Origin: Mytilus californianus
Lineage: Eukaryota
NCBI RefSeq assembly: GCF_021869535.1
Contig: NW_026262581.1
Coordinates: forward strand, 16,678,001-16,742,000
DNA: 64,000 nt
Reading direction: 5' to 3'
In this document: positions 25,538 to 38,700 of the stretch, in pieces
How the letters are laid out: every line of letters begins with the position of its first letter
Numbering within the stretch: the first letter of the stretch is position 1
Program-made: the position numbers and the translations under genes
The notes under the pieces: model-generated
Databases searched by the model: none
What the model was told of the DNA's origin: nothing
Seen by the model: only the letters and a program-made list of their open reading frames with translations

Positions 25538-25804
25538 GGTCCTCATTGTTCCTTTTGATGGTATGTTGGACGGTGTTTTTTTTTCTCTTTTTTTCTATCA
25601 TGCTTGCATTTGCCAATGACAAACGAAAGACTAACATTTTTTCCAGGAAAGCAGTTTGTAGAACGAATCTTTGCCCTTCCTTCATTAATTTGCTTTTTCA
25701 TGCACATGAAATATTTGCCACTGAACAATAAACAAGCAACAACCAATCAATCATTAGCTAAGAAAATTAATAACAAGGCTAATTGATATATAAATATATC
25801 ACTT

Positions 25805-26109
25805 TTATCTGAATTCGGGGAAAAAATCTTGAATGGAACTCATATGTATAATTCATTTTATCTTCTTATCCGAATTCGGATAACAACCAAGACGAATTAA
25901 TATTAAATATAGATATACTTATCCCAATTTGGATAAGGATACTCATTGCATACTTAACTCTGTGAGGTAGGCAATCTATACTTCTTATCCGAATTTGGAT
26001 AAGAGCAGTTATTTCTCCTTGGTAATCTGTTTTATCTCTTTTATCCAAATTCGGATAACGCAAGTGTCGCCTACCAAAGTTCTTATATCAGAATTCTTGC
26101 TTATCCGAA
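25805..26109. repeat. Array of six 18-bp palindromes (consensus TTATCCGAATTCGGATAA) separated by unique 35-48 bp spacers
   Basis: Starts at 25805 (degenerate), 25866 (perfect), 25919, 25985, 26041 and 26101 (half copy). Confidence 0.8.
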
Positions 26110-26197
26110 ACACCCATTGACTTGAGCATATGGAAATGCTCAAAAGCAATTGGAAGCTGTTCAGTGCAATTTTAAATTTAGTACATGTGTAATAATT

Positions 26198-27410
26198 TAT
26201 GTCGAGCCTAAAGCTCGACATAGGGATAGTGATCCGGCGGCGGTGGCGTTAGCTAACTTCTTAAAAGCTTTATATTTTAGAAGGTAGAAGATCTGGATGC
26301 TTCATACTTTGTATATGGATGCCTCATGTTACGAAGTTTCTGTCAGTCACATGTCCAATGTCCTTGACTTCATTTTCATGGTTCAGTGACTACTTGAAAA
26401 AAAAGTTGATTTTTTGTAATGTTAAATTCTCTCTTATTATAAGTAATAGGATAACTATATTTGGTATGTGCGTACCTTGCAAGGTCCTCATGCCCGTCAG
26501 ACAGTTTTCACTTGACCTCGACCTCATTTCATGGATCAGTGAACAAGGTTAAGTTTTGGTGGTCAAGTCCATATCTCGGATACTTTAAGCAATAGGTCTA
26601 GTATATTCGATGTATGGAAGGACTGTAAGGTGTACATGTCCAACTGGCAGGTGTCATCTGACCTTGACCTCATTTTCATGGTTCAGTGGTTAAAGTTAAG
26701 TTTTTGTGTTTTGGTCTGTTTTTCTTATACTGTATGCAATAGGTCTACTATATTTGGTGTATGGAATGATTGTAAGGTGTACATGTCCAACTGGCAGGTG
26801 TCATCTGACCTTGACCTCATTTTCATGGTTCAGTGGTTATAGTTAAGTTTTTGTGTTTTGGTCTGTTTTTCTTATACTGTATGCAATAGGTCTACTACAT
26901 TTGGTGTATGGAATGATTGTAAGGTGTACATGTCTAGCTGGCAGGTGTCATCTGACCTTGACCTCATTTTCATGGTTCAGTGGTCAAAGTTAAGTTTTTG
27001 AGTTTTGGTCTTTTTTTCTAATACTATATATGCAATAGTTCAACTATATTTTGTGTATGGAAATATTTTATGATCTATATGTCAGTCACGCAGGTTTTAT
27101 TTGACCTTGATCTCATTTTCAAGGTTCATTGCTCAGTGTTAAGTTTTTGTGTTTTGGTCTGTTTTTCTTAAACTATAAGCAATAGGTCAACTATATTTGT
27201 TGTATGGAAGATTTGTTAGCTGTACAAGCCTGCCTTGCATGGTTTATTTGACCTTGACCTCATTTTCATGGTTCATTGGTCAATGTTTAGTTTACTTGGT
27301 TAATGTTAAGTTTATGTGGCAGTTGTAATAAAGCTTTATATTTAGGACTATCAACATAATATCAATGATTAGTAAAGAAGGCGAGATATTTCAGCGTGTG
27401 CACTCTTGTT
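26198..27410 (+). mobile_element. HINE-like element with ~147-149 bp tandem repeats (~6 copies)
   Basis: 5' perfect hairpin tatgtcgagc-ctaaa-gctcgacata and a ggc repeat. gtgtcatctgaccttgacct occurs at 26651, 26798 and 26945. The 3' end is aggcgaga...cttgttt. Confidence 0.8.
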
Positions 27411-27451
27411 TTTAGGAAAGTTTAGTATAACTGACTACTTTTATATTCCAG

Positions 27452-27502
27452 GTTAGCATCAGGTTTCCATTGGGTTACTTGCTGGGATAAAGCTGTTATA
27501 AG
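27452..27502 (+). CDS. Candidate 51-nt coding micro-exon of an unidentified gene (..LASGFHWVTCWDKAVI..)
   Basis: Branch-like ctgac, pyrimidine tract and ccAG acceptor, with an AAG|GTGAGA donor. Only one frame is open, and its phase-2 end joins 27841 in an open frame. Confidence 0.45.
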
Positions 27503-27840
27503 GTGAGAACTTATTCATCAACATACAACTTTAATGTGTTTATGTTATAGTGTGATGAATGTCACTAAATAGATTTCAATTAAAAAAAATAAGTATTCAA
27601 TCTTTTCATTTTAAAATAATGTACCCTTTAAAGCTGCTGAGTGAGATACTAGATCTGAAGAAGATATATGACGGGGAGATAACATAAAATCAGATATTTT
27701 TGATACTATATATTTTTGAGTAATCAATATAAGTAATAAACAAATTGTTTAACATACACTGATGTCTGTTTCTTTATTCCCGTTAGATTATTTTAAAATT
27801 AAGAATCAACAATTGAAATTTAACTTTGTTTCTTTTTCAG

Positions 27841-27892
27841 TCGAAAGAGTTGCTGTTGCTGCCTTCCTTGTATGGTAAAATCCTCGGACTAA
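27841..27892 (+). CDS. Candidate next exon encoding SRKSCCCCLPCM; it either splices at ATG|GTAAAA (27874) or reads on VKSSD* as a last exon
   Basis: Strong acceptor ttaactttgtttctttttcAG (27840), and the frame is compatible with 27452-27502. Confidence 0.45.
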
Positions 27893-28389
27893 GGCCTTAG
27901 GCCAAACACTAAAAGGGATTAAAACAAATCCCCTATTAAACAATTTAAGTACTGAGTTTTTGGTGCAATATGAACTTGAAATAAAAATGTTTAGTTAGAT
28001 GGTTTGTTTTGACTCTGCATTCTTTACATTCATACAAATTAATGGCTGTCAGTTTTATTTATTGGTTTTGTTTATATATCATAAATGCATTATTCAGCAT
28101 CTGAGACCACTCAAGTGAAAATAATTACATAGTTTTTGCAGTTTGTCATATTTTCTAATTTTTGTGTGATTGATTTCTATATTTTTTCTCATTTATGATT
28201 ATTTATATTTTAATGTTTGATTTTTGAGGCTTGTACTCAGCTTCTAAACAATGACCTCCCCCCTCCACATGTATAACCAGGATCCTGTAAAAGATGTTTT
28301 GATTTTGGAAGGATAGATGGATAATTAAAAATGCAAGATTTTTTTAATGTGCTAGTTCATAATGTAAAAGTCTACATCTAACCCTACCT

Positions 28390-28530
28390 GAACACATTAT
28401 TCTGACTTCCAGCTGACCAGTCTTTGCTCCTACTAATTGCTGAATGCTTAGCAGGGGAGCATCAAATACCAATTTTCAATTCTTTGATGTGACCCAGGGC
28501 AGGACCAAATCCCATGCCCATCTGCACTCA
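28390..28530 (-). mobile_element. Decayed, CpG-depleted copy of the SINE family at 59470-59793
   Basis: acacattattct...gaccagtc...tgcttagc...gcatcaaataccaatttt aligns with 59643-59765. Confidence 0.65.
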
Positions 28531-30539
28531 TGTTGAGCATAAAAAGGTTATATAAAGAAGATTTGTCTGTCTGTTTGTCCATCATCATCTCTCATCCACA
28601 GCTTATAAACTATTGGAAGGTTTTCTTTAAACTTTCAGATTATCTTCTGTATCTATTATGGCTGTGTGTATTTTATTTTATTATAATGAAATTTTGGGGT
28701 TCTCAATTGTAATGAATGGACCTCCTAAGTATTTGAAAAAAAAGGGAAAGAAGCTTCTCATACCACCATTTTATCATGTGAAGGATAGGTTGGTTTAAAT
28801 GTGTTTGTTTTTAATCATGTTTTTAGTAGTTGGATCTCATTATGACAAAATTTTAATGACTTAAATTCAAAACAAATTTGGGGTTCACACTGATATATAT
28901 TACCACTGTAGCTTTAATGTAAATTTTATAAGGCTTTGCTATAACAAGATTTGTGTTTTATCTGGTTTTATCTGATTTTAGTGGTTTTTATGTGATTTTA
29001 ATTATTTTTACTGTCAAATCTTGTTATACCAAGCCTTAGTATGATTGAGTTTATATATTTTGATTATACATGCAATTCAAAATATAAATTTACATAATGA
29101 GATCAGACATTTATTATACTTTTAACTCTTCTTAGTGGATAAAATAGAAAAATGAATGACCATAAATATTGAAGTGGTCGTTGAAGATTGACCAAATTAC
29201 AAGATTTATAAATGCAGAATCTTGCTCTAACTAAATCAATGTTCTTATTAGCTGAACCAACCTATCCTTCAATATGAGTAATAAAATTTTATAAATGGAA
29301 AAGTCCATTCTTCGATTGGGGAACCTTTGGATGTGAAAAAAATATACACAATGCCAACAGATACTGAAGATTATTTGAAAGTTTAGGCAAAAACAATTCA
29401 ATCCTTTAATTGTGATTGGAAGTTGTAGACGGATGAGCAAACAGATGATATACTTGCTTACTATGGCACATTTCCTAAAGGATATGGACTATGGGTATGG
29501 GTTTTGGTTGAAGGCTGTAGGTGACTGATAGTTGTTAAATTCTATGTCATTTGGTCTCTGGTGGAGAGTTGTCTCGTTGGTAATCATATCTCCTATTTTT
29601 ATTTTATATGAAATAATTACTTATTACTTCCTGGGCAAAAAGTTCTGGTTCCAAGAAAATAATAAAAAAAAATACTTATATCATACATGTATTGTTAAAT
29701 AACTATCCTACTTTTATATAAAGAATTGACTTTGGTTAGAAATTGGGAGGAATTATAAAGAAACTTTATATACAATATAAGAGCTTGGGGTTATAAATGT
29801 TTAATGAAATGCAGTTAACTATTTCCTTGGTGATCTAATCATTTTTGCACAGATCACGATATTAGTTTATTTAAATAACCCAGTAAATAAATTGAGTACA
29901 CCTCATAAATGAATTTGATTCATGTATTTTTATGCATTTTTTATCTTAGTATTTACCATTGTATTCCTTGTTATATTTGTAAATGCCTCTTCGTATGTGA
30001 CAAACTGAGGATTCATATATTTTATGGAATTATGTAAATTTATTTTAAGTTTGGTATTTAAAAGTATTGGAAAGCACCAAGTTTAATATTGAGCAAAAAA
30101 AATATTCCTTTAAGACCTAAGGATATTAAAATTTAAGACATGTATCTCAGAACAGAATTGATTTTCTAAATTCAATTTAAACAGCTAGTCTGGGAACTGG
30201 TATCAAGAAACTAAAAAGAATCCTCAGCTCTGTCAGTTATTTTGTATAATTGTAATATTTAACCAATGATACCTTACCCATGATGCAGATCCTTTTCCTC
30301 CTTTTACTTATAAAGGGACTAAAAACTTATTATTATTACTACAATTTCTTTGGTATTTGTACACACAGAATGGGTCTGGTTTCATTTGGGTATTTTATAT
30401 TATGATGCATGATAATGATATAAATAAAAAGGTAAATAAAAATTTAATTGAGAAAACCTATTTTATATTTTATTTGAGTCTGAATGACAAATAAAGGGGG
30501 AAGAGGTTTCTGTGGTCAAGAGTAACACACAGCTGATTT

Positions 30540-31290
30540 ATTGTATGGTATGGACAAAGTTGAAAAAGCGAGACTTGGTCATGCTTTTTCCATAAGCAGC
30601 AGCTTCAACAATGTATTTGATTGTGATAAGTTCAAGTTAAAGAAAACAACTAGTGGTAGGTCAATGATATTTGGTATGCAGTTATATAAGCATTGAAACA
30701 TCTTATTTCTAAGGAGATTATTTTGCTTCTCTCCCTCAGTCATAGTCGACTTAAAACTTTTAATTAGTTTACATGTATAAGTTTGTGATTAGGTCAATTG
30801 AAAGGGAACTATAAGTGGTATGTCAATGATATTTGGTATACAGATGTATAAGCATTGACAAATCTCAGTTCCGTAGAGATTGTTCAACTCCAGCCTCAGT
30901 CATGGTTTATTGACTGAATGTTTTGCATTATTTACATGTGATTTTTGATTAGATCAGTTTAAGATGAGTGACTAATATCTGATATTTGGTATGCAGTTGT
31001 ATTGGCATTTGCAAGTCTCATTTTCATAGAGATTATTTGGTCCCACTTCCTTATCATGGTTCATGGACTTTGAAACTTTCCGAGTTTAACAAGGAACCAA
31101 TTGATAAGTCAATGGTGTTGGGTATGCAGTTTTATAAGCATTAGCATTTCCATGGTGTTTTTATTTTGCCCTGAACCGTCAGTCATGGTTCATTGCATAG
31201 ATAACAAGTTTAAATATTGCAATTTAATTTCAACATTTGCATTATACCACCAAAAAACGCAAGACATATCTCTGTGTCAACAGTTTATAT
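30540..31290 (+). mobile_element. Old, degenerate HINE-like element with decayed ~130-160 bp repeats
   Basis: A tgatatttggtatgcag-like motif occurs at 30665, 30827, 30980 and 31113. Confidence 0.45.
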
Positions 31291-32039
31291 TTCCATCTCT
31301 TGGTATCTTTCAACATCATGTTTTGAGTTTTAAATATCACAGAAACTTCTTTGCTAGTTTAAACAAGACTTGACACAAATGATACTTAGGAATTACATGA
31401 CAGAAATGTTCATTGGACTTGCTGATTACCTGATTGGCTGCCAAGTCTTTAAATAGATCTAGAATTCTAAAATGATCTAGTTTATATAAAGGCTCATCAG
31501 ATACAAAACACAGGGACACAGATCTAGCAGTGGATGCTCCTGATATGAAACTTCATAATCCAGACTGTAGAAGAATGAGTTAATCAATATCTTGTATGCA
31601 GTTGCCTTATGGTCTGGTTTAATCTGGCATATGAACATTATCTTGATTCCATTTTTAAGGGTATGTGTACATTACTTGTTTTCAAATTAATTTGACAGTT
31701 TTTATGTGTAATTAGGACAATTAATTCTCTTATGGTTATTGCCTGTGATCTATTTCTCACATGAAGAGATATATTTTGTATCACATTGCATGGATTCGGA
31801 TAAGAAAAAGGTTTACAAAAAATTTGTTAATTTGAGTGGCTTATCCTGCACCATTTGGTCATCATTTAGGTTCCATGATTTGGTCTGTTCTCGGTCAGAT
31901 TCTCTAGGTCAACAATGTATGGTGTACAGAATGATTGTAATGTGAATATGATTGTCTGATGAGATACATCTGACCTTGGCCCTTTTTTTGAAGTGTTTTC
32001 AACATTAAGTTTTTATAGACTGCAAAACTTTTGCCTTTT

Positions 32040-32880
32040 TATAATGGTGTGGATATGTCGTCATTGTGGTCTGTAGACATATGTTTTCCAGCAATAACCT
32101 GAGTATAAGTGTATAGATCTCAAAGAAATAAAACCACAAGGTCCCATACCACAAAAGGAAGGTATGAATTTAATTTGGGGTTATTGTCCTAACAGTTTAG
32201 GAATAAAGGTTAAAAAAAAAAGATTTTCCGGGGTTTCCAGACCGTAACTTGAGACTAAATCTATGGATTTCTATGAAATTATTATACAAGATTTCAAACC
32301 AAAAAGGGAAAGTTGAAATTGATTTTGGTGATTATGGCCCAAACTGTTTATGAATTAGGAACCAAACAAACACCAATACTTTGTATACATTATTTGTTTC
32401 TTGACCAATTTCAATTTCGATGAGAATCATGTATTCTTTGGGTTCTTTAATATGCTGAATCTGTTACCATGTTTGTGTATTTCTGTTTTCGAATTGGTTC
32501 ACATTGAGGTCCAAAGGGTCCAAAATTAATCTAAGTTTGATTTAAACCTAAAATGGAATTCTTTGGGTTTTTTTATATAATCAAACTGTGTATTTAGATA
32601 TTGGGCCCATTATCAAATTGGTTCACATTGAGGTCCAAATGGTCCAAAATTAAACTTTGTTTGATTTAAACCAAAATTTTTAAAATTCTTCAAGTGTGGT
32701 TCTTTGATATGCTGAATCTGTATTTTAGATTTTGGATTTTTAGCCCTGTTAACAAACTAGTTCAAATTGAGGTCCAAAGGGTCCAAATCAAAAAATTAAA
32801 AATTGAATTTTTTGAGTTCTGTGAAATGCTGATTTCTTACTTATTTTAGATTTTGGATATTAGGGTATAGGTAAATGTAT
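32040..32880 (+). repeat. Degenerate tandem repeat region, probably another HINE-like remnant
   Basis: An attgaggtccaaagggtccaaa-like motif occurs three times (~32500, ~32625, ~32765) with similar flanks. Confidence 0.45.
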
Positions 32881-35177
32881 TTTTGAATTCTTAGACTATT
32901 GATTTTTTTGGGAAAAAAAGTTTGTTTCCAGTTTTTGGAGAAAAAAATAATTTGTTTATGACCCTGAGAAAAAATTTTTTTTTTGTTTCACCCTCGGCTG
33001 CCACTATATGTAATGCTAAAATTGAAAGAAAAAAATTGTTTTCGACTTGTCGCCAAAAAAATAGATTGTTTTTCGCCAAAGTTTGTCCGGAAAAAAGTTT
33101 GTCCGGAAAAAAATCCATAGCCTCCCCCCACCACTTCGTCCTCGGTTAAAATAATCTGAACAGGTCCATATATAACGTATTGACCTCGTCAAAAGTCCAT
33201 AATCGATAAATATTTCGGCAAATGACATCTGGAATATGATTAAACTACAAAAAAGTATTGGTTTGTCTCCCTTGCAATGCATATGTTATTATTCCTTAGA
33301 TCATAGTATTTTTTTCAAGTCTGCAACATTTTGTCATTGAAGCTGTAGCTTCGTCAACAGTTAACGTCAACGCTCCGTGTAAAATATCGACAAATATAAT
33401 GCCTACCCATGTTAAAATGAGCATAGAGCATGACATGAAGAAACTATTTCGTAAATAACTTTGTCAAAGTTCTCAAATTGTAAAGGGTCTAAATTAAAAT
33501 CAACAGAATTTTTTGATAATTTGCATAAATAAAGTTAATATCTTGCTTTATTCTTTTTTTTTTTTTATAATCTACAAGTTGTGTTAAAATTGTCAGAATT
33601 TGTATAGTTGATAAATGGAAAAAAAACAAACTTTGTGTGATAGACAGAACAATAAAATGTATAATTTTAAAACGAAATATGAGAAGATAATTCTAAAAAT
33701 TTGCTTAAAATGTGAGAAAATCAAAGTCATGGGATTTGATTACTTGCTACACATGATGTATATTTAACAAACGTGGTAAGTAAGTTTAAGTGACTTATCT
33801 CCCCTTATTAGGCTTAAGGTGCGTTTACACGGTACGATTTTCCATCCGATTTTCAATCCGATTTTATACCAACGCTCAGGTAAATCGTACAGCGTCCTGT
33901 TTACACGTTACGTTTTTCCATCCGATTTTGAACAGATTCGAACAAGTGCTTTTGCTTGATAATTGGATGTCAGTACAAGTTTCAATATCCTGTGGTTTTT
34001 TTTTTCTTTCTTTCTTTCTTAATTTGTAAACCTTTTTTTTCTGTTTCTTTTTCATTTTTGTGGAGAGTTTTTTTTTTTTTTTTTTGGGGGGGGGGGGGCG
34101 TAATTGTTTGATTTGTTCATTTGATTATTTCATACACAAGTAAAACAAAGGAAAATTCGAGAGGTGAAGAAAAGTATGAATATAGTTACATAATCGGCTA
34201 TCGTCAATAACATGAACGCCCCTTTAACTCTCCCCCACCCTCAAACACACATCTCCGACCGGCGGTAGAACCACGATGAAAAGCGAGTCCAAACATAAGA
34301 GACTGATGATATATGAATGTAAGTACACTCGCACTATATATATCTGCATGTAATAAAATGAAAAATAATTGCAGAACTGTTGAATGTTTAACAAAAACCC
34401 TCCATACTGAAGAGTTTCCTGCTAACTTTTTTAAAATACACAATTGTAATTTTGACAACAAAAAACAAAAAAAAACAGACAAACGTCACTGCATTCATTT
34501 TCTTTTTGTTTACTTGTATGTTGACAATACATCTATACATCTTTTGTATTGTGCACATTTTTACAGTATATTAGTACCGAAAAAAGTACTGAGTTTAATT
34601 TAGAGTTACCTCCCCCTTGACTAGTTGTTGATATGAAATAGAGAGCGGCCATGACAACCTTTGACATTGCATACTTGTAGAAAAAGTCCTCTAAAAAAAT
34701 TCAGTCAAGTTGAACATGAAGCAGAAGGGAGAAAAAAATCACATAATGAGAAAAATGATTTATTCGGTTGAAGTTTAAATGTGTGAATTGCCCTCACACC
34801 CCGCTCACAAAAAAGAAAGAATAAATAAAAAAAAAACCTATCACTTCCTTTATTCTTAGGTTGTATTTTAATCAAATATTATTTTTCAAGAATTTTAATC
34901 AGTTCAAAAAATTTGTGCGTGAAAGTAAAATGATATATCTTTAATATTTCCTTACTAAAAATAATTTTCCCAAAAGGCAACTGCATAAATGTTAGAAATA
35001 GTATACTCTTAAGGAATAAAATGAAGCAAAAAATGAAACATGATAATTTGAATGAAATTTTTTTTTAAAAGAACAGTGCAAAGTGAAGAGAAAAGAAAAG
35101 GGCAGCGTAGGGCTCAGCTATATTTAGTTTGATAACTGATGTACAACAATTGTAGATTCTTTTTGAACAAATTGGGT

Positions 35178-35193
35178 AGCCCTTAAAAGGGCT
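35178..35193 (-). terminator. Histone 3' stem-loop of the H1 pseudogene (intact)
   Basis: AGCCCT-TTTA-AGGGCT followed by ACCCA and a purine-rich AAAAAGAATC. Confidence 0.85.
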
Positions 35194-35234
35194 TTTGGTG
35201 GCTGAATAGCCTCTGCAGACTGAAGTGGAGCCGT

Positions 35235-35783
35235 TTACTTCTTCTTTGGTGTCTTCCTGGCTTTTGGTTTAGCTGCCTTCTTTTTAGCTGGTGACTTGGC
35301 TGCCTTCTTTGGCTTGGCTGCTTTCTTTGCTGCTGGTTTCTTAGGTGTGCTCTTTGCTTTTTTAGGCTTGGCGGCCTTAGGTTAAGCTGCTTTCTTTGCC
35401 TTTGCTGGCTTCTTTTTAGCATGTTTTGCCTCTCCAATGATTTCTGAACGATCCTGATGCTCCAGTTCCCTTGGACTACTTCAAACTGTTGTTCTTAACT
35501 CCGTAGGTGTGCTCTTTGCTTTTTTAGGCTTGGCGGCCTTAGGTTAAGCTGCTTTCTTTGCCTTTGCTGGCTTCTTTTTAGCATGTTTTGCCTCTCCAAT
35601 GATTTCTCAACGATCCTGATGCTCCAGTTCCCTTGGACTACTTCAAACTGTTGTTCTTAACTCCGGCTCTGAGTGCAAGTTTTAAATGAGCGTTTACTGA
35701 CTTGGCATCTTTTCCGACGTTGAAGTTGGCCATGATGTACTTCAAAAATGCTTGCCTTGAGGAACCCCCACGTTCTTTCAAAG
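35235..35783 (-). pseudogene. H1: Histone H1 pseudogene
   Basis: Compared with 39415-39975 it has a ~388-bp deletion removing the promoter, ATG and first ~39 codons. It also has a 162-bp tandem duplication (35342-35503 / 35504-35665), a 4-bp insertion and an AAA>TAA stop in both duplicated halves, and a 60-bp deletion. Confidence 0.92.
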
Positions 35784-38700
35784 GTTGGATAAACTGTGTA
35801 TTTTTCGATGAACACAGTAGAAAGATATTAATAGTTAAAGTAGAACCGACTGATTTGTCTTCGCAGGTATGTTGACAGAAAATTTACGAGTTTTTCTCAA
35901 TAGAAAAATATTCTACCGTCGTAAAATTGTGCAACGGAAGAAATATCAATTCTCTACAGGTTTCTTTCCGTTTTTATTCACTGGACGTATGTTACTAGTC
36001 GTAAGTAGTTTGTTTTCAGCTGGAGGGAAACACACAAAAAGTCCACGCGCCATTGTTTGGTTGCAAATTTTTACGAAAACTTCAAAAAACATTTTTATTC
36101 AACCTAAGCGAAATTTCACAGACATTATAGATTCGAATGAATAAAACCAATATCTAGAATATGTATTTGAAATGTCGTTTAATTTAATCTAGCTTTGGGA
36201 ACTTTTCAGACAGCGACTTTATGTTCAGTGGATCAGAGGCACTAGAAAACTGTGCTGTATGATGCGTCTCTGCTTTAATTTCCATTTGCATGTAAAATTT
36301 TAGAACTTCGTTGTCGAAAACTCGAATATGTCTTGTTGAATATATCATATTTTTCAAAAAATATGTGTAATTAATTTTATTATCAATAAACGATGGTCCG
36401 CGTGCTCGAACTGGCCACCTGAAAGTTTCAATACAAAAAAACCCAACCAAACCCAAGATTCTTGTATTTTCATAATTCAAAAGTTGTACACATCATTTGC
36501 ATCTAAATTAACAATTACAAAGGTTCATCTATCTTTTAAAAAAGGGGGATGTGTGTCACGGTGAAGACTCTGGCCATAAGTATGCATTTTACCTATATAG
36601 GCTAGGCAAGTATAAGACCAAAATCAGTACAGGGTGAAGCAGCATACACACGGACGATTCAAAAGAGACAGAAAGACAAAAATCACGTCTATGTTAACCA
36701 TTAGACTTGGGGCAAAAATAGTCTCCACTGCATTTAACTGAAGCCCCCCCCCCCCCCCCCCAAAAAAAAATCCCGAGGAAAGGGGGGGTATATATTTTCA
36801 AAGAATGATAGTTGGACTGAAATATTTGTTAACTATTGCAACATTAACAAGCAGATTTAATGTAAAAAGATGCCAAAACCAAGATTGAAACGAAGAAAAA
36901 GATATTCTCCGTTAAAAAAGTAAATAAATAGGGTTCTCTATTGTCTCGGTTGATTTCTGTGAAGGCCAATTAGCATGGCGTTTAATGGATGTCAGTACAA
37001 GTTTCAACATGCTGTGTTTATTTTTTTCTTTCTTACTTTGTAAACCTTTTTTCTGTTTCTTTTTCATTTTTGCTGAGTTTTTTTTTGTTTTTTTTAGGGG
37101 GGGGGGGGGGGGGGGGTAATTGTTTGACATGAAATTTAGTTGTTTATGAATAGAAAACACACTTTAGTATAAAATCAAAAGTACTATTTAGGTCGTCTTT
37201 TATTCCCAGCATGATGGAACTATTTTCTACATGTTAGGACCAACCCCATGGTGTTGACAACCAGTAGAAATTTAAAACTATTCTAGTTCTCTCTTAGTCG
37301 TATCAAATCCAGAAAAAAAATAAGAATCAATTTCTATCAAACGTGAATCCTAACCCTCTTTCCAGCTATAGTTAGAAACGTAAATAACAGGACAAGTTTG
37401 GCATGTTCCTTGGGACAGAAACCCAACAACACCAGATCGATAGATTTTACATTTTCAATAGAGGACTTAATCTATAATCAAATATTTCATTCTTGGGCTT
37501 TTTATTACTTTCTATCTCCTTTTTTATTTTCTTCTTTAAATGTTTTGTGAATTATCATATTTGAAGCTATTCTTTTCATATTGACATTAAATGCCTTTTC
37601 TCTATCTCAATATAAAGTATTTATCACAAATGAAGTGAAATATTTTGGCGAAAAGAGGTGTGTTTGGTGTCCGGGGGTTGGGGTAGTCTTAATTGAAAAC
37701 GGCAGCAACAAACGTTTCTCAATGTATACACAAATAAGCGCATTTAATACTGTCAGTCACACGTTGTCTGTATATACTAGTAGACTTTGTTTTTCTGTGT
37801 CGTTAAGTTGCTGTCATTTCAATATGAAAAATAAGGAGATGTGGTATGATTGCAAATGAGACAACTATCCACCAAAGTTCAAATGAATGGATGTAATTAA
37901 TTATATATAGGCAACCGTACGGCCTTCAACAATTAGAAAAACCGATAATGTATAGTCGGCTATAAAAGGCCCCAACATGAAAAATATGAAACAAATCTTC
38001 TGTTATATTCGAATCCTACCATTTCGTGCACAATCCTTTAAAATGCATGATACATGTTATCAAAAAAATAAACCCTTTTCTTACCTTTTGTACAAATGTC
38101 CGTCCATCCTTGTTTTAGTTCATAACAGTAGACATGCTCCGTATGTGACGTCACTGTATTGTTTCTGGTTTATTCATCTCGCGTGCTTTGAACAGATTAA
38201 AATGACATAACAAAGACACAGACAAGTCGTCAAAACACTAAAAACAGAGAGAAAAAAGAAGAGAAAACAAACAGGACAACCCATTTGAAAGAAACATAAA
38301 AGCAAGTATGTGCATTTATTTCATACACGAGTAAAACAAAGGAAAATTCGAGAGGTGAAGAAAAGTATAAATATGGTTACATAATCAGCTATCGTCAATA
38401 ACATGAACGCCCCTTTAACTCTCCCCCACCCTCAAACACACATCTCCGACCGGCGGTAGAACCACGATGAAAAGCGAGTCCAAACATAAAAGACTGATGA
38501 TACATGAATGTAAGTACACTCGCACTATATATAGCTGCATGTAATAAAATGAAAAATAATTGCAGAGCTATTAAATGTTTAACAAAAACCTCCATACTTT
38601 AGAGTTTCCTACTAATTTTTTAAAAATACACAATTGTAGTAATTTTGACCAAAAAAAAAACAAAAAATAAATAACAGACGAACGTCACTGCATTCATTTT

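Noticed and set aside
25805-26109. Calling the palindrome array a CRISPR locus
   Set aside because: Animal genomic context, no cas-like ORF, an 18-bp repeat that is shorter than typical, and variable period. Kept only as an unexplained repeat finding.
25719-26167. CACTG...CAGTG (CACTA/EnSpm-like) termini around the palindrome array
   Set aside because: The 9-bp match overlaps a SINE tail motif on the left, and no target-site duplication flanks it.
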